Assembly: GCF_964204645.1 (NCBI RefSeq)
Contig: NC_134029.1
Coordinates: forward strand, 24,112,950-24,176,949
Source: Tubulanus polymorphus
Taxonomy: Eukaryota > Animalia > Nemertea
Length of the DNA: 64,000 nucleotides
Direction: 5' to 3'
Shown: piece by piece, positions 38,632 through 50,886 of the stretch
Layout: each line of letters opens with the position of its first letter
How positions within the stretch are numbered: the stretch's first letter is position 1
Notes under the pieces: model-generated
The model's database searches: none
Told to the model about the DNA's origin: nothing
Seen by the model: only the letters and a program-made list of their open reading frames with translations
Position numbers and translations under genes: made by a program

Positions 38632-41600
38632 TCACAGCCATTGTACACTAGAACTAGCGGATATATCCATCAATCTCCAGGCAGCCCTCGGGTCTAATTC
38701 TGTCTGATCTCTACACAAAGCCCAAACATACAACACTTTCTGGATTTGTTCCTAAAAACGAAATCAAAATTTATTGAAAAGCGCGTTCATTTCGGTGACT
38801 TGAGAGAAGATTGGTTGTTGAGAATCACTTACCGGATCACCTTCGATTACTTTCCCTTCTTTATTGCGAATGACCATGATTTGCTGCGCGTTAAAACTGA
38901 TCACCAGAACGGGACCTTGTTCCATCATTTTACCAGCAGCGAGCTGAAACATAACGCTGAAAACATGGATGACACTGAGACAGGAAGAGAGAGCGCAATG
39001 AGTGACGTGAAACTTACATCTATATTACTAATATCCAATACTCTAGATCCTATTGTGTAATTAGATGCTTGAACTTGTTTGATAGGAGTCGATAGTACGT
39101 TGAACGTCTGAAACGGTGATAGCAAAATAATTACATTTGATCCGCGATAGATTATTATCTATTATCATGCCAGAGATCTACTTACCGCTTCACTGCACCA
39201 GTCCTTTAATATCTCCAAGTCTCCCCTCACTAAACTCTACAAACAGTAAAACAAAGTCATGATCTCGATTCCACCAGGAGCTGAAATTCTATTTCAATAT
39301 TTCCTCCCAACTCACCTCCAACACATTCGGTATTATATCTAATTCACAATCTTTCAGAAACATTTCTTTATCGAATGTCGGATCCATTTTGACGATTTCA
39401 GTGAGCACTTCGGACATCTCAGTCTTAGAGAACATTCCACCTGAAATAATTCATCATCATACATTGATATTTAATTACATAAATCCCAGGAACCACAACA
39501 ACAGCTAAATGAGTTCCTTATCTATCAACTTTCAACTGAATTTGTAGGCACCAGAATCCATACATTATCACACGAACAGTAAATACATATCAAAATCATT
39601 ATTCTATTCGGTGATTGAGGTAAAGTCTAATTGATTAATTCAACAGGAAAGTTCATTCGACACTAACTGAAATGTGGATGGAATCGAATGCGAGAAGTTC
39701 GTATCAACACCTGGTGGATATTGTCTGTTACCGCAGTAACATTGGGAAGGTTTGTTCTCCGTGTGGATAACTTACCGAATAAATCAGAAACTTTATCAGT
39801 GAAAGACCGAGTGAATCGCACTATTAAATGATCACTTTCATCGTACTTTGTTTTTAAATCAAACACCTCTGAAAATGGATATCACAAGAAATAAATATCT
39901 CTTTTTAATAACGTTTTAAATGCGCAGCTCACGAGACCTAGAATTCACTCAACTTACTGTGAACATATGGATTGTTATCCTTGAAATTCTGCCAACTTTG
40001 AAAGAATTTTGAATCTTTATGCATCACCATACCGGTAGCTTCACTGTCAGAAAAACAATAAACGATATAAATCATGAAGACAAACGGCTACTGCTGCTGG
40101 TTTCATAAACTTACGTATTCACTTCTACTGGTTTTATTTCCTCTCCTTCTAAAACTTCTTTTCGTTTTCTCAGAACGACTAAAACATAAAAAGATGATCA
40201 ACATGGTTTGTGCTGATGGGATTCATCGTCACGTCAGGGACTACTTTCACGTACCAGGAGGTTTATAAACTCTTCCTCTTTTTAACGTTGTTTCATCAAT
40301 TTCTTCTTTTATTCCTTTTACTCCCTACAGAAAATACATGTATAACACAATCATAAACAATGAGATGAGATCTGAAGCAGGGTGGATCTACAGTCTGGAC
40401 CCGTGAGATCTGAAGCAGGGTGGATCTACAGTCTGGACCCCTGAGATCTGAAGCAGGGTGGATCTACAGTCTGGACCCCTGAGATCTGAAGCAGGGTGGA
40501 TCTACAGTCTGGACCCCTGAGATCTGAAGCAGGGTGGATCTACAGTCTGGACCCGTGAGATCTGAAGCAGGGTGGATCTACAGTCTGGACCCCTGAGATC
40601 TGAAGCAGGGTGGATCTACAGTCTGGACCCCTGAGATCTGAAGCAGGGTGGATCTACAGTCTGGACCTGTGCCTTATTTTCTCTAGTTCTACTCACATCG
40701 CTGACGGTTTTAAAAGCTCCACTTTGAGTGATACGTTCTCCAGTTTTACCGATAGACTCCGCGGCCTTGGTCGCTGTTTTACCCAAATCTTGACCAATTT
40801 CTAAACCTTTCTTCGCAAATTCAGACTTTTGAACCTCTTCTAATTGCTTAAAGAAATAATGCAATCATTCGTTTCTAAAAAGTAATCATCGATGATATAA
40901 AATTGATTTCTCAGGATTCAGTTCTGCAATGATCTTTACCTCACTGAGTTTATCTTTAAAAACACCGACTTTTTCTTTAAAAATCGCAGAACTTTTCATC
41001 GTATCGGATTCCATTTTATCCTTGAATTAAAAATCAATCATTGTTTTAATCAAACACTGAATATTCTAAAACGTAATTCACTGATTTTCAACTCACATAT
41101 TTTTCTCGCACTTCTTTCAAAGCGTCCGATTGTTCTAATTTCTCGGCTTCCTCTCGGAATTTTTTCAAACTTTCCTAAAAAATGAATTCAATGAAAACAG
41201 TGAACGTCAGATTGTTTTTTTTTAAGAAAATTTGAGCATCTTTTTTTGCAAGAAGATTTTCACCTTCATTTCTTTATTCTTGTTGAATTCCTGTTTGATA
41301 TTGTCCAGTAAACCCTTAATGAAACCTTTTCTTTGTTCTTGTTGTGACATGTATCGAACCTACAACAAAAATAAACATGAGAAACTTTTATCTGATGCTG
41401 CCAGAGAGAGAGAGAGAAAGAGCATCTCAATATTTTTTTTACAGCAGAGGGACTCTCATCTACTCGAATTGCTTGTTATGTTTACCTGATACAATCGCAA
41501 GTTCCGATGTTGTTTTTGTGGTATAGCTGAAACGTGTCCATCGTGTGAACTAATGTTGGTTGCCGATGATAAATGATGCGTAGAACGAGCTGCCGCAGTT

Positions 41601-41836
41601 AAATGCTGAATGAAAGGTAGTTGCGTAATTAAAAATTGGTTGGGATTTGATTGAATGTCATTATTTCAGATTCATTGTGAAATGAATGAAACGTTATGTG
41701 GTGGTAAAAATCTAGAGCTTTATTATTTACTGACAGCGAGAACAGATTTTACCTGACGATGATAGTTAGAAGGAATTCTACAACTTAAATATAGGACGGC
41801 ACGCTGTACCGGCGGCCTACAGGTGGAAGACGCCAT
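38632..41836 (-). CDS. TIMM44: Mitochondrial import inner membrane translocase subunit TIM44
   Basis: ATG at 41836 with a presequence-like first exon. Motifs FDLKTKYDESDHLIVR, TEMSEVLTEIVKMDPTFD, WCSEA, GKMMEQGPVLVISFNAQQI, YVWALCRDQTELDPRAAWRLMDIS; stop at 38632-38634. Confidence 0.96.
40367..40667 (+). repeat. 38 bp minisatellite, 8 copies, in a TIMM44 intron
   Basis: GAGATCTGAAGCAGGGTGGATCTACAGTCTGGACCC(C/G)T repeated head to tail with no spacers. Confidence 0.98.
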
Positions 41837-42289
41837 TTTGTATTCAATTGCCAATGTATGTTTCGGAGCCACCCGACAGGCGCCTACCCAACTAATTCGA
41901 TTCAATTCTTAATTTATTGCGTCAAAGACATAACCAACACTTCAATTGTTATTGATGACGAAAATGAATGATCCGGATGAATGATTTCTCAGTGATCGGT
42001 CAGCAGTGCTCTTGGCCTGGTCCGGGTCCAGGTATCATCCAAAAAGAATCTTTAGAAATATAATTCTGGTTGAATAAGATATTTTTGAATTTTGTCGATA
42101 TATTATGCCAACTTTGGTTTTATAGGGTTATCAACCTTTGATGCAATAAATAAAAAAAGTCTATACCAAGGTGGCGCTAGCGGACGGACGAGCAATTATC
42201 AAATGGCAATTGGCAACTAGCAACTAGCAACTGGCATGTCCCATCAGGTCTTCCATACTGTCGCGTCGGGGGCAGCGACGCGCGGAGAA

Positions 42290-42348
42290 TCCGCGAGTCC
42301 TCACTTCCGGTGTGGAGTCGTGACCCGCCATATTGAAATTTGGTAAGT
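42290..42348 (+). promoter_or_regulatory. Candidate promoter / short first exon divergent from TIMM44
   Basis: CpG-rich patch with ETS-like CACTTCCGG, YY1-like CCGCCATATT and a donor-like G|GTAAGT at 42343. Confidence 0.4.
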
Positions 42349-42704
42349 CTTGGAAGTTTTCCGGTTTTTTATCCTTGAATTATATCTATGTTTTAAGTTA
42401 ACAGTTCGGTATAAACCCCGGAGATGCAGGTACTAAACACCGTCTCTAAAACTGACCTGAGACCCGCCGCCAAACAATATTCAAAATCGTTTTTGAAGTA
42501 CGTCACGTGTGTCGTCACGGTTCGGTGGTCCGCACCTCGCCTTGCTTTCTGCTGTGTATGAGATGAGGGAGACATTATCAGAGTTATCCTACAATAATTA
42601 TTCAAACACACTGAGAACAAACTGTTGAATTAGTTACATGTGACACTAGCCAGCTTGTTAAAAACAAATATCAAAAGACAAATGCAATCAATCTGAAAAG
42701 CTAA

Positions 42705-42911
42705 GGCCCAGACACGGCGAACAGCGCCGCTTATTTTGAAACGACCAGCTGCTAGCGCCACCTTGCTATCATGTGCCCGTCGAAGAGCCGTGATTGGCTG
42801 TTTGATACGGCATTCGAGGTGACTGATCTCGTAGGCCGACTAAATCGCCGAAGGCCATTGCCTGGACACACTGGGCAATTTACCGACGAAATCGCCCAGT
42901 GTGTCCGGGCC
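42705..42911. mobile_element. Probable Harbinger-type MITE
   Basis: GGCCCAGACAC ... GTGTCCGGGCC inverted ends in TA-rich flanks; TSD imperfect. Confidence 0.55.
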
Positions 42912-43324
42912 TTTAGTGATATTGTTGGAAGAGCGAGGTCTTCAACACACTAACAGTAACAACAGCCAGTGATGAATAAACTTAAACATTGTTATTGTTG
43001 TTTACAGATTACATTGTGGTGAATATTATTGTAATAATTAAAGTGACCTCCTTTTCTTATTGATACAGATACAAACAACAGATTTCATCAATCGATCCTT
43101 CCTTCAACGGTCTGAGTTCGAATCAGTTAAAAACAACAATATGAACAACTGCCTCCCTTCACTGGCTGTAACTGGGTTGAGATCTATTAATCATCTTTTA
43201 GAAAAGGTTTGTCTCTCATTCATTCAATCATGTAACTGATATCTGTGAATAGTCTCTACAATCAACAGATACCACATTGAAATCTAATATTCTTTATTTC
43301 AGTTATAGTCAAGAGCAACACTGT

Positions 43325-43645
43325 AGGAGCATCAGAGCAGGAGTATCATAGGAGCAGCAGGAGTATTTTAGGAGCAGCAGAGCAGGAGTATCGTAGGAGC
43401 AGCAACGCTGTAGGTGCAGCAGAGCAGGAGTATCTTAGGAGCATCAGAGCAGGAGTATCATAGGAGCAGCAGGAGTATCGTAGGAGCAGCAGGAGTATCT
43501 TAGGAGCAGCAGAGCAGGAGTATCATAGGAGCAGCAACGCTGTTGGTGCAGCAGAGCAGGAGTATCTTAGGAGCATCAGAGCAGGAGTATCTTAGGAGCA
43601 GCAGGAGTATTGTAGGAGCAGCAGGAGGGACCCAGCAGGAGCAGC
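43325..43645 (+). repeat. Degenerate tandem repeat (TAGGAGCAGCAGAGCAGGAGTATC-like units)
   Basis: More than 12 variant units visible directly. Confidence 0.9.
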
Positions 43646-43692
43646 TGAATGAATCACAGAAGAGACAAGATAAGTAGTTTTAGAATTATGTC

Positions 43693-45101
43693 TTCATTCA
43701 TACCACTTATTGATGGAGGAGTTGAAGATGTTCAGGATCAGAATTCAGTTTATCTCCTAACAGACTAAAACAAAATGTAGAATCATTATAAACGGTTATT
43801 GAATTTGTCTCCAGCAAGTATCTGTATCCATCTTCAGCTCACTTCACACACTGCTGTAGATCAGAGTTCCTTACAGCGACCACTGAATCAACCTAATCAT
43901 TACAACTGAAATAATGATAACAGATTCTATTTATGAATACATATGAAGCACATCTGAAACCAAAGTGATAGAAAAAGAGAAAGTTGTAAAATGTTTTCTG
44001 ACGCAGTCTGATTTGTGTCAGATTGTAACTGTAGAAGTTTCACTCATTGTTTCAGTCTAATAGAGATATAACTGATGTACATGTAACACTGACTGTGTAA
44101 CACTGCAGTCATTAGTTCACTTATTCCTCCTCAGTTGGAAGAATGTTTCTTCTCTCATCTTCATTAGCGATAAGAATCATTGCCATCCGTGTAACTACAA
44201 CATCGTAACATTTCTACTCATCTAATCATAGAGGGAATGAGTTGTATGAGGTTTGGGTATGGAATGAGGCAGGGTATGGTGTAGTTGACTGTTAGGGTAG
44301 GATATGATAATGTGATAAGGTAAGGTCGGTTGGATGATGCAGGGTTATTTGATGTGGTTGGATTCGATGATGAGTTTAATATGGAACTGTTTGGGGGTAA
44401 GTGATGTATGTGGTAGTGTACGGTGTGTATGTTCGGAGGGTGTATGATAACGGATTGAAAGGTTGCTGGTAGAGGGCGGTACAGTAGCATCCTCACTCAC
44501 CAGGGCTTGGGTTGCTTCCTGCTGTCGCTCACGTCGACACAAACGCTGACCGCAACTCATCTTCCCCCGGCAGGGATTCGAACCTGATGGCATCGAGATT
44601 GCCACATTAGACCGAGTGCGCAGGTACAAGCGTGCAGCTTAGATGATGTCATTATCAGCCAATCAGATATCCCATTTTATTTTAGCCCGGGTTTTACCAT
44701 TTATAGTTCTTCCGTGAAATTTACCTCAGTGATTATACAACGAGCAATCTAAGTAAGTTTTCACGCGGCAAAGCTGCGCATGCACCTGCGCACCCGGTCT
44801 AGTGTGGCAGGAGTTCGATGCCATCATGTTGGAACCCCTGCCGAGGGAGGATGACCACAACTTTATTTATCGGTTGGAATACGAGGAATTATTCAGCCAA
44901 TGAAAGCGGAGTAATTATCAGATGTGAGCTTCAGCGGAACGCAACCAGACCCTGGCGAGTGAGGATGTGTAGTAGTGATACCGGTATGGTTTGTGTAAGA
45001 TAGGGGAGGTTGTGTTGAGGATAGGGTAAGGCATGGTTAGATTGATATGAAAGTGTAAGTTTGGGTAATGTTGGGGGCAGGATGTTTGATGTTGTTGAGG
45101 T
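43693..45101 (+). repeat. Left arm of a long inverted duplication
   Basis: 43693-44483 is the reverse complement of ~48627-49413, and 44975-45101 matches ~48249-48281 plus 48540-48626. Confidence 0.93.
44488..44967. mobile_element. MITE inserted in the left arm only
   Basis: ~27 bp TIR CATCCTCACTC(A/G)CCAGGG..GGTTGC; absent from the right arm, where the flanks are contiguous. Confidence 0.8.
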
Positions 45102-45340
45102 ATAAGGGACCATTCATTAAGTACGTACGCAAAAAATATATGATGTTATTTCAAGGTCGTACCTTGTACTATATTACTGATGACCACACGTACACAATCA
45201 TTGATCATGTAGTATAAAAACATAAACACTTAGTAGTCTACTGGTCTGTTTTATTATAGTATAATTAAATTCTATTATTTGAGACTTTAGTTATCACACC
45301 ATAAAGCTTGCTCCTCTTGAAGGGATTTACTAGGATGCAG

Positions 45341-45448
45341 GGTCCAGTTCCACAGCTCTGAGTTAAGATTTGACTCTGGGTTGAAACATTGAAAATGAAC
45401 TAACTTTAACTCAGAGTTAACTCTAACTCACAACTGTGGAACTGGATC
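45341..45448. mobile_element. Nested 108 bp MITE with CAG flanks
   Basis: GGTCCAGTTCCACAG ... CTGTGGAACTGGATC, with CAG on both sides. Confidence 0.75.
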
Positions 45449-45627
45449 CAGTCTTTTAAACTGGGCAATGAATTCATTATATTGTTCCAGGCTCGTGGCT
45501 AAACTACTACCTACAGATGAGTAGCCAGGCTACTACAAAATTATACAGTAGAAATTAGACCACTTTGATTTTTGAAGTACGTACGCTTTGCGTAAATAGC
45601 TTTATACGCAGATCGTTCGCTTTTGTC

Positions 45628-45935
45628 GTTGAGGTCCTACCTAGGGGTTGAGGTCCTACCTAGGGGTTGAGGTCCTACCTAGGGGTTGAGGTCCTACCTA
45701 GGGGTTGAGGTCCTACCTAGGGGTTGAGGTCCTACCTAGGGGTTGAGGTCCTACCTGGGGGTTGAGGTCCTACCTAGGGGTTGAGGTCCTACCTGGGGGT
45801 TGAGGTCCTACCTAGGGGTTGAGGTCCTACCTAGGGGTTGAGGTCCTACCTAGGGGTTGAGGTCCTACCTAGGGGCTGAGGTCCTACCTAGGGGTTGAGG
45901 TCCTACCTAGGGGTTGAGGTCCTACCTAGGGGTTG
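45628..45935 (+). repeat. 19 bp minisatellite, ~16 copies
   Basis: GTTGAGGTCCTACCTAGGG repeated head to tail. Confidence 0.98.
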
Positions 45936-46237
45936 CATACGTACTTAATGAACAGTCCCTAAGGGTGAATTTATCCATGTTTTCACTAAGTAACGGGGTT
46001 TTTGCTGTGTTTTGAATGGGGCCACAGTAAAATGTTTTGAACAATAGTGAGTGATGCTCCTGGCGCTCCTTCACTCATCTATAGACAGTACTGAAGTATC
46101 TATCTCTATCAATACTGATGCATCATCTCCCCCCCCCACAACTTCTTTAGATAGTTTCTGTCTGATTCGTCGGGAAATGGTGATAGGACAGTACAGGGTC
46201 GTGAGGGGTGATGTTGGGGTAGGGTCATGCGATTCAG

Positions 46238-46446
46238 AGAAAGTGGACCGGTACAGAGTTGGAGTTGGGATACAGTACGAGCCCGTGTAGAAAGTGGACC
46301 GGTCCAGAGTTGGAGTTTGGATACAGTACGAGCCCGTGTAGAAAGTGGACCGGTCCAGAGTTGGAATTTGGATACAGTACGAGCCCGTGTAGAAAGTGGA
46401 CCGGTCCAGAGTTGGAGTTGGGATACAGTACAAGCCCGTGTAGAAA
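46238..46446 (+). repeat. 51 bp minisatellite, 4 copies
   Basis: AGAAAGTGGACCGGTCCAGAGTTGGAGTTTGGATACAGTACGAGCCCGTGT; explains the 17-aa repeat ORFs seen in several frames. Confidence 0.97.
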
Positions 46447-47123
46447 GCCCGTCGTTTTGAGTACACGGGTATTTTTGAAATGAGTTTCACTCAAATATGT
46501 ACTGACTGAAAATACTCACATGTATTTCTCTAGTTGAACTAGTGTTTGATCTGCATTCATTATGACTCTTCACTGACATATTGTGCAGTGTAATTGAACG
46601 CAAAATTCTGATACGCGATTTGCAAATATTGATGATAAAGATCGGCTTTCAGCATGTCCTAACAGGATGGAACCTAACAGAGTGATTTCAACTTGGATGT
46701 AAATACTTCAAGGGTTTTATATCAGTAGTATCGTACCTAGTCTTATACCTCCTTCCCGCGCTTACTATTCCACAATCTCTATATGAGATACATCGAGAAT
46801 GATGCTATTGAAGATTGAATTCATTGATTCATTTAGGAATTGAAACTTGTTTCATGGAACAAATGGTGCTGCAAATAAACAATATCATCAAACAATGATA
46901 TGATTCTGTTTGACTAGTGAACTGCTGCCCTACTACTGGTTTTAAAAGCACTGATTGAGATGGATTTAAACCCAGTTCAATTACTATATTTCCTATACAC
47001 TTACTGCCGGGTGGTACTGACACATAGCAAGGAGAGATAGAGAGAGAGATAGAGAGAGCCATAAGAAAAAAAAAACATGAAAAGAGTGGGGTCTGAGAGC
47101 AATTCGAAGGTTTAGTGTCCTGC

Positions 47124-47357
47124 TGGCTTAGCGAGCGGGCAGGGGTCTATTCCTACCTCGACTCAAGAAAGGTGAGCTTAAAGCCACCAAGCACAAAAGT
47201 GGGGTCAAAAGGGTAGTCCACTACTGGCTTAGCGGGCAGTGGTCTATTCCTACCTCGACTCAAGAAAGGTGAGCTTAAAGCCACCAAGCACAAAAGTGGG
47301 GTCCAAAGGGTAGTCCACTACTGGCTTAGAGAGCGGGCAGTGGTCTATTCCTACCTC
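47124..47357 (+). repeat. ~100 bp tandem repeat, ~2.4 copies
   Basis: CTGGCTTAG..GGTCTATTCCTACCTCGACTCAAGAAAGGTGAGCTTAAAGCCACCAAGCACAAAAGTGGGGTC recurs. Confidence 0.92.
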
Positions 47358-47401
47358 ACGTGCTTAAAAATGTTTGCAAAAAATGGCAAATAAGAAAGTA
47401 T

Positions 47402-47432
<31 letters not shown>

Positions 47433-48248
47433 AGCTGAGTTTCATGTATCACTGGGTGTAACGTGATATAAGAAATAATTCACAGAAAATCTTGAATGAT
47501 TTTATTATGGGTTCAGAGTCTATTTCCCACCAGTTTGCTATTTGTAAAGCTTTTAGTTGGGTAAAAACTAGTCAGAGATTTGTGAATCAGAAGATTTTGC
47601 CGTCATTTGCTTCATGGAAAGTTCACTTGTTAAAATGAATCATGTGACACACATGTAAAATACTGTTACTGATTTATTATTGTTTTGATGGTGTCTTAAT
47701 GTTCAATATCTTGCAGGTATCGTCTCCTAGTATTTCACATAGAATTGAGGAGTAGTTTGAGTGAATGGGAGGCTTGAAAAAATATGTCACTTGTTCCATT
47801 AGATTTAGTTTGACATCATCCGATTGATTTTAGTGTCTCGACTACTTTTCAACCAGTAGTTCATTGTAGGTTTGTCGGGAATTGTAAATATTCGTTCACC
47901 AACGAGGTTTTAGACGTCACATCCATAGCTCCTTCCACTACTCGTGAATTCATTTTTACACAATGATGCTATTTATCATGGAATATGTTAGTAAAGGTAG
48001 ATATCAATATCGTTTGTTAGATCTAAACTGGCTAATTTCACTCAAAAGCCATTAATGAAAAATAGTGAAAAATTCTAAATAAGAATAGGAATTGCTTTGA
48101 CATGTCTAAAGGGAGCGCCTGGAGGCGGCTGAGAGACGGATCGACCCTGTCAATTACTCATCACACCCTGTACTGTTCTAGCTTCACCCCTTATATCACA
48201 TCATGTACCTCCCAACCTTCCACATACACCAGCCCCGACCTCACCCTC

Positions 48249-49413
48249 ACCTCAACAACACCAAAAATCCTGGCCCCACATCAGGGTCCGATCTAAGCAC
48301 TTGTCCCATTGCCCGGGACAAGTATATGCTCATCAGGGCGAGTAGGTTATCATTATCACTTGTCCCCCGGGCTAATGCAATTTTATGTCACAAAGCTTTT
48401 TTCCCACTCGATACGATGGATGATAGTGTACCAATCAAACTGCCTGTGTAGGGCAAGTAGCCTTTGGAGGGGGGCGAGTGAAATTTCAGATATGCTTGCC
48501 CCCCGGGCAAGTGGCTTTCATTCCTTAGATCGGACCTTGAACTTACACTTTCATATTACTCTAACTGTACCTTACTCTATCCTTATAACAACCCCCCTAC
48601 CTTACACATACCATACCAGCATCACACCTGTACCGCCCTCTACCAGCAACCTTTCTCCATTATCATACACCTCCCTAACTATACATCGTACACTACCACA
48701 TACACCCACCCCAAACAGTTCTATATTAAACTGATCATCTAATCCAGCCATATCAAACAACCCTGCATCATCCCACCTGACCTTACCTTATCACAATGTC
48801 CTATCCTCCCCTAATGTGTCAACTCCCATACTCTGTCTCATTCCATACCCAAGCGCCATACTCCTCATTCCCTCTATGATTAGATGAGTAGAAATGTTAC
48901 GATGTTGTAGTAACACGGATGAGAATGATTCTTTTCGCTAATGAAGATGAGAGAACAAACATTCTTCAAACTGAGGAGGAATAAGTGAACTAATGACAGC
49001 AGTGTTACACAGTCAATGTTACATGTACATTAGTTATATTTCTATTAGACTGAAACAATGAGTGAAATTGGTTGGTATTATAATCTGACACAAATCAGAC
49101 TGCGTCAGAAAAAATTTTACAACTTTCTCTTTTTCTATCACTTTGGTTTCAGATGTGCTTCGTACGTGTTCATAAATAGAATGTGTTATCATTATTTCAG
49201 TTGTTATGATTAGGTTGATTCAGTGGTCGCTGTAAGGAACTCTGATCTATAGCTGTGTGTGAAGTGAGCTGAAGATGGATACAGATACTTGCTGGAGACA
49301 AATTCAATAACCGTTTATAATGATTCTACATTTTGTTTTAGTCTGTTAGGAGATAAACTGAATTCTGATCCTGAACATCTTCAACTCCTCCATCAATACC
49401 TGGTATGAATGAA
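48249..49413 (-). repeat. Right arm of the long inverted duplication
   Basis: Reverse complement of 43693-45101, e.g. GAAGATGGATACAGATACTTGCTGGAGACAAATTCAATAACCG versus CGGTTATTGAATTTGTCTCCAGCAAGTATCTGTATCCATCTTC. Confidence 0.93.
48282..48539. mobile_element. MITE inserted in the right arm only
   Basis: CAGGGTCCGATCTAAG ... CTTAGATCGGACCTTG (16 bp, one mismatch); internal CCCGGGCAAGT/ACTTGTCCC subrepeats; no intact TSD. Confidence 0.75.
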
Positions 49414-50147
49414 TGAGGACAGAATTTCAACAGTTTATTTCATGATTTCCTGCAATAGAATTTGATAACTTGGAGAATCTGTTATTTTCATTTCAGTATC
49501 AATCATTGCTGGGGAGTTGTAGAATCTGATAAAGAACTGATTTTCACAGTCAGCTGCAGACATTACTGGTATGTAATACATGTTTATGGATGCAATAGAA
49601 TAATATTCATTCATCATCATCATTATCATCATCATCATCATCAATCATCATCATCACACTAGTTCTGCCTCCTCAGTAGCAGTAATGTGCATCCTGAGGA
49701 GGCAATCAGTCGTCCTGCAATCACAGATTGCCTGTTCTTGTATTGCCACTCTCAACAAGGTCAGGTGACATTGGGTCTTACTTTAGTTCAACTCGGTGTT
49801 CGTTTCTCAGGTCGACTCTTAGTTGCTGTTGGAGGTTGGAGCGTTGTCTTACCCGACTAGATTGCCTAACCACCTGGTATTGTTAATTATCTCCCATTTT
49901 GTTTTAACCTGTTAGGAGATGACCAATTACCAGGAGAAGACCAGGGATGACCAATTTATCAATTGCCAGGGATGACTAATTACCAGAAGACCAGAAATGA
50001 CCAATGGCTAGAGACCAGCGATAACAGGTTGCCAGTATAATTGTATGATTGATTTTCTGTTTGTGAATGAACTTGAGAACAGTCGCTGTTCTTTAATCCT
50101 ATCAGTTACAGCCATGTTTTGATAAAATCTCAGTTTAAATCTCACGA

Positions 50148-50223
50148 TCACCTCTATCTCACCTCTATATCACCTCTATCTCACCTCTATTTCACCTCTA
50201 TATCACCTCTATTTCACCTCTAT
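50148..50223 (+). repeat. 11 bp tandem repeat (TCACCTCTATN), ~7 copies
   Basis: Directly visible. Confidence 0.92.
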
Positions 50224-50765
50224 AATAAATACTAATGTTTTATTTTAACTCTCATCAATCAAAACGTGGTTGTCATTGATAGAATTAGAGACGCTATACA
50301 GCTGGATGTCATAATTCAAAACCTTTAATTGTGTTGTACATGTAAAAACAAGTTCACCCAAACTGAAATCCCAGAATCTATTTTGTAAACCTGAATAAAT
50401 TTATTTATTATTGTGTTGTGTTGTTTATTCAGCGCGATCTGTGGTGATTCAATCACGTGATCCGCTCAAGTTTTTTATGTCAACTCCCTCCAGATTCTGG
50501 ATCCGGTGGTATACTGTAGTTAAGACCATTGAACTGAGTTTTATGTTAGGGGCCTTATATCTTAAGACCAGTCCCAAGTTGTTATACATTGGTTGCAGTA
50601 AAGTGATCTTCTATAACATCTTGGAACCAAGCTATTAATCGGGTCTCGCAATTCTAATTCTCGCCATTCTCCCATAATCCGAAACCCGGATCCAGGTTTT
50701 GTGGAGTGAAAGCAACCTCCCGCATATGTTGGTAATTCTCCCATAGACTGGTTGTCGGTCTACCT

Positions 50766-50886
50766 GACTGGTCACCTGTCCAATTCCCCGCCACCTGCAT
50801 TCGCAGTCAGAATAGAACTGAAAGCAGAGACCGGCAATTCTACCCGTCTTATGCAGGTGGCGCAGAATTGGATAGGCGACCAGTCT
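50766..50886. mobile_element. Short fold-back element
   Basis: GACTGGTCACCTGTCCAATTCCCCGCCACCTGCAT versus ATGCAGGTGGCGCAGAATTGGATAGGCGACCAGTC (~35 bp imperfect IR). Confidence 0.65.

Larger units (their letters stand above)
45106..45959. mobile_element. PIF/Harbinger-type MITE carrying a nested MITE and a minisatellite
   Basis: GGGACCATTCATTAAGTACGTACGC ... GCATACGTACTTAATGAACAGTCCC; TAA TSD at 45103-45105 and 45960-45962. Confidence 0.88.

Noticed and set aside
40367-40667. 38 bp repeat array resembling a CRISPR array (also the 19 bp and 51 bp arrays)
   Set aside because: Units are contiguous with no unique spacers, there are no cas genes, and the context is a eukaryotic intron or intergenic region.
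46071-46494. ORFs with 17-aa repeats
   Set aside because: They appear in several frames on both strands because the 51 bp unit lacks stops; no coding evidence.
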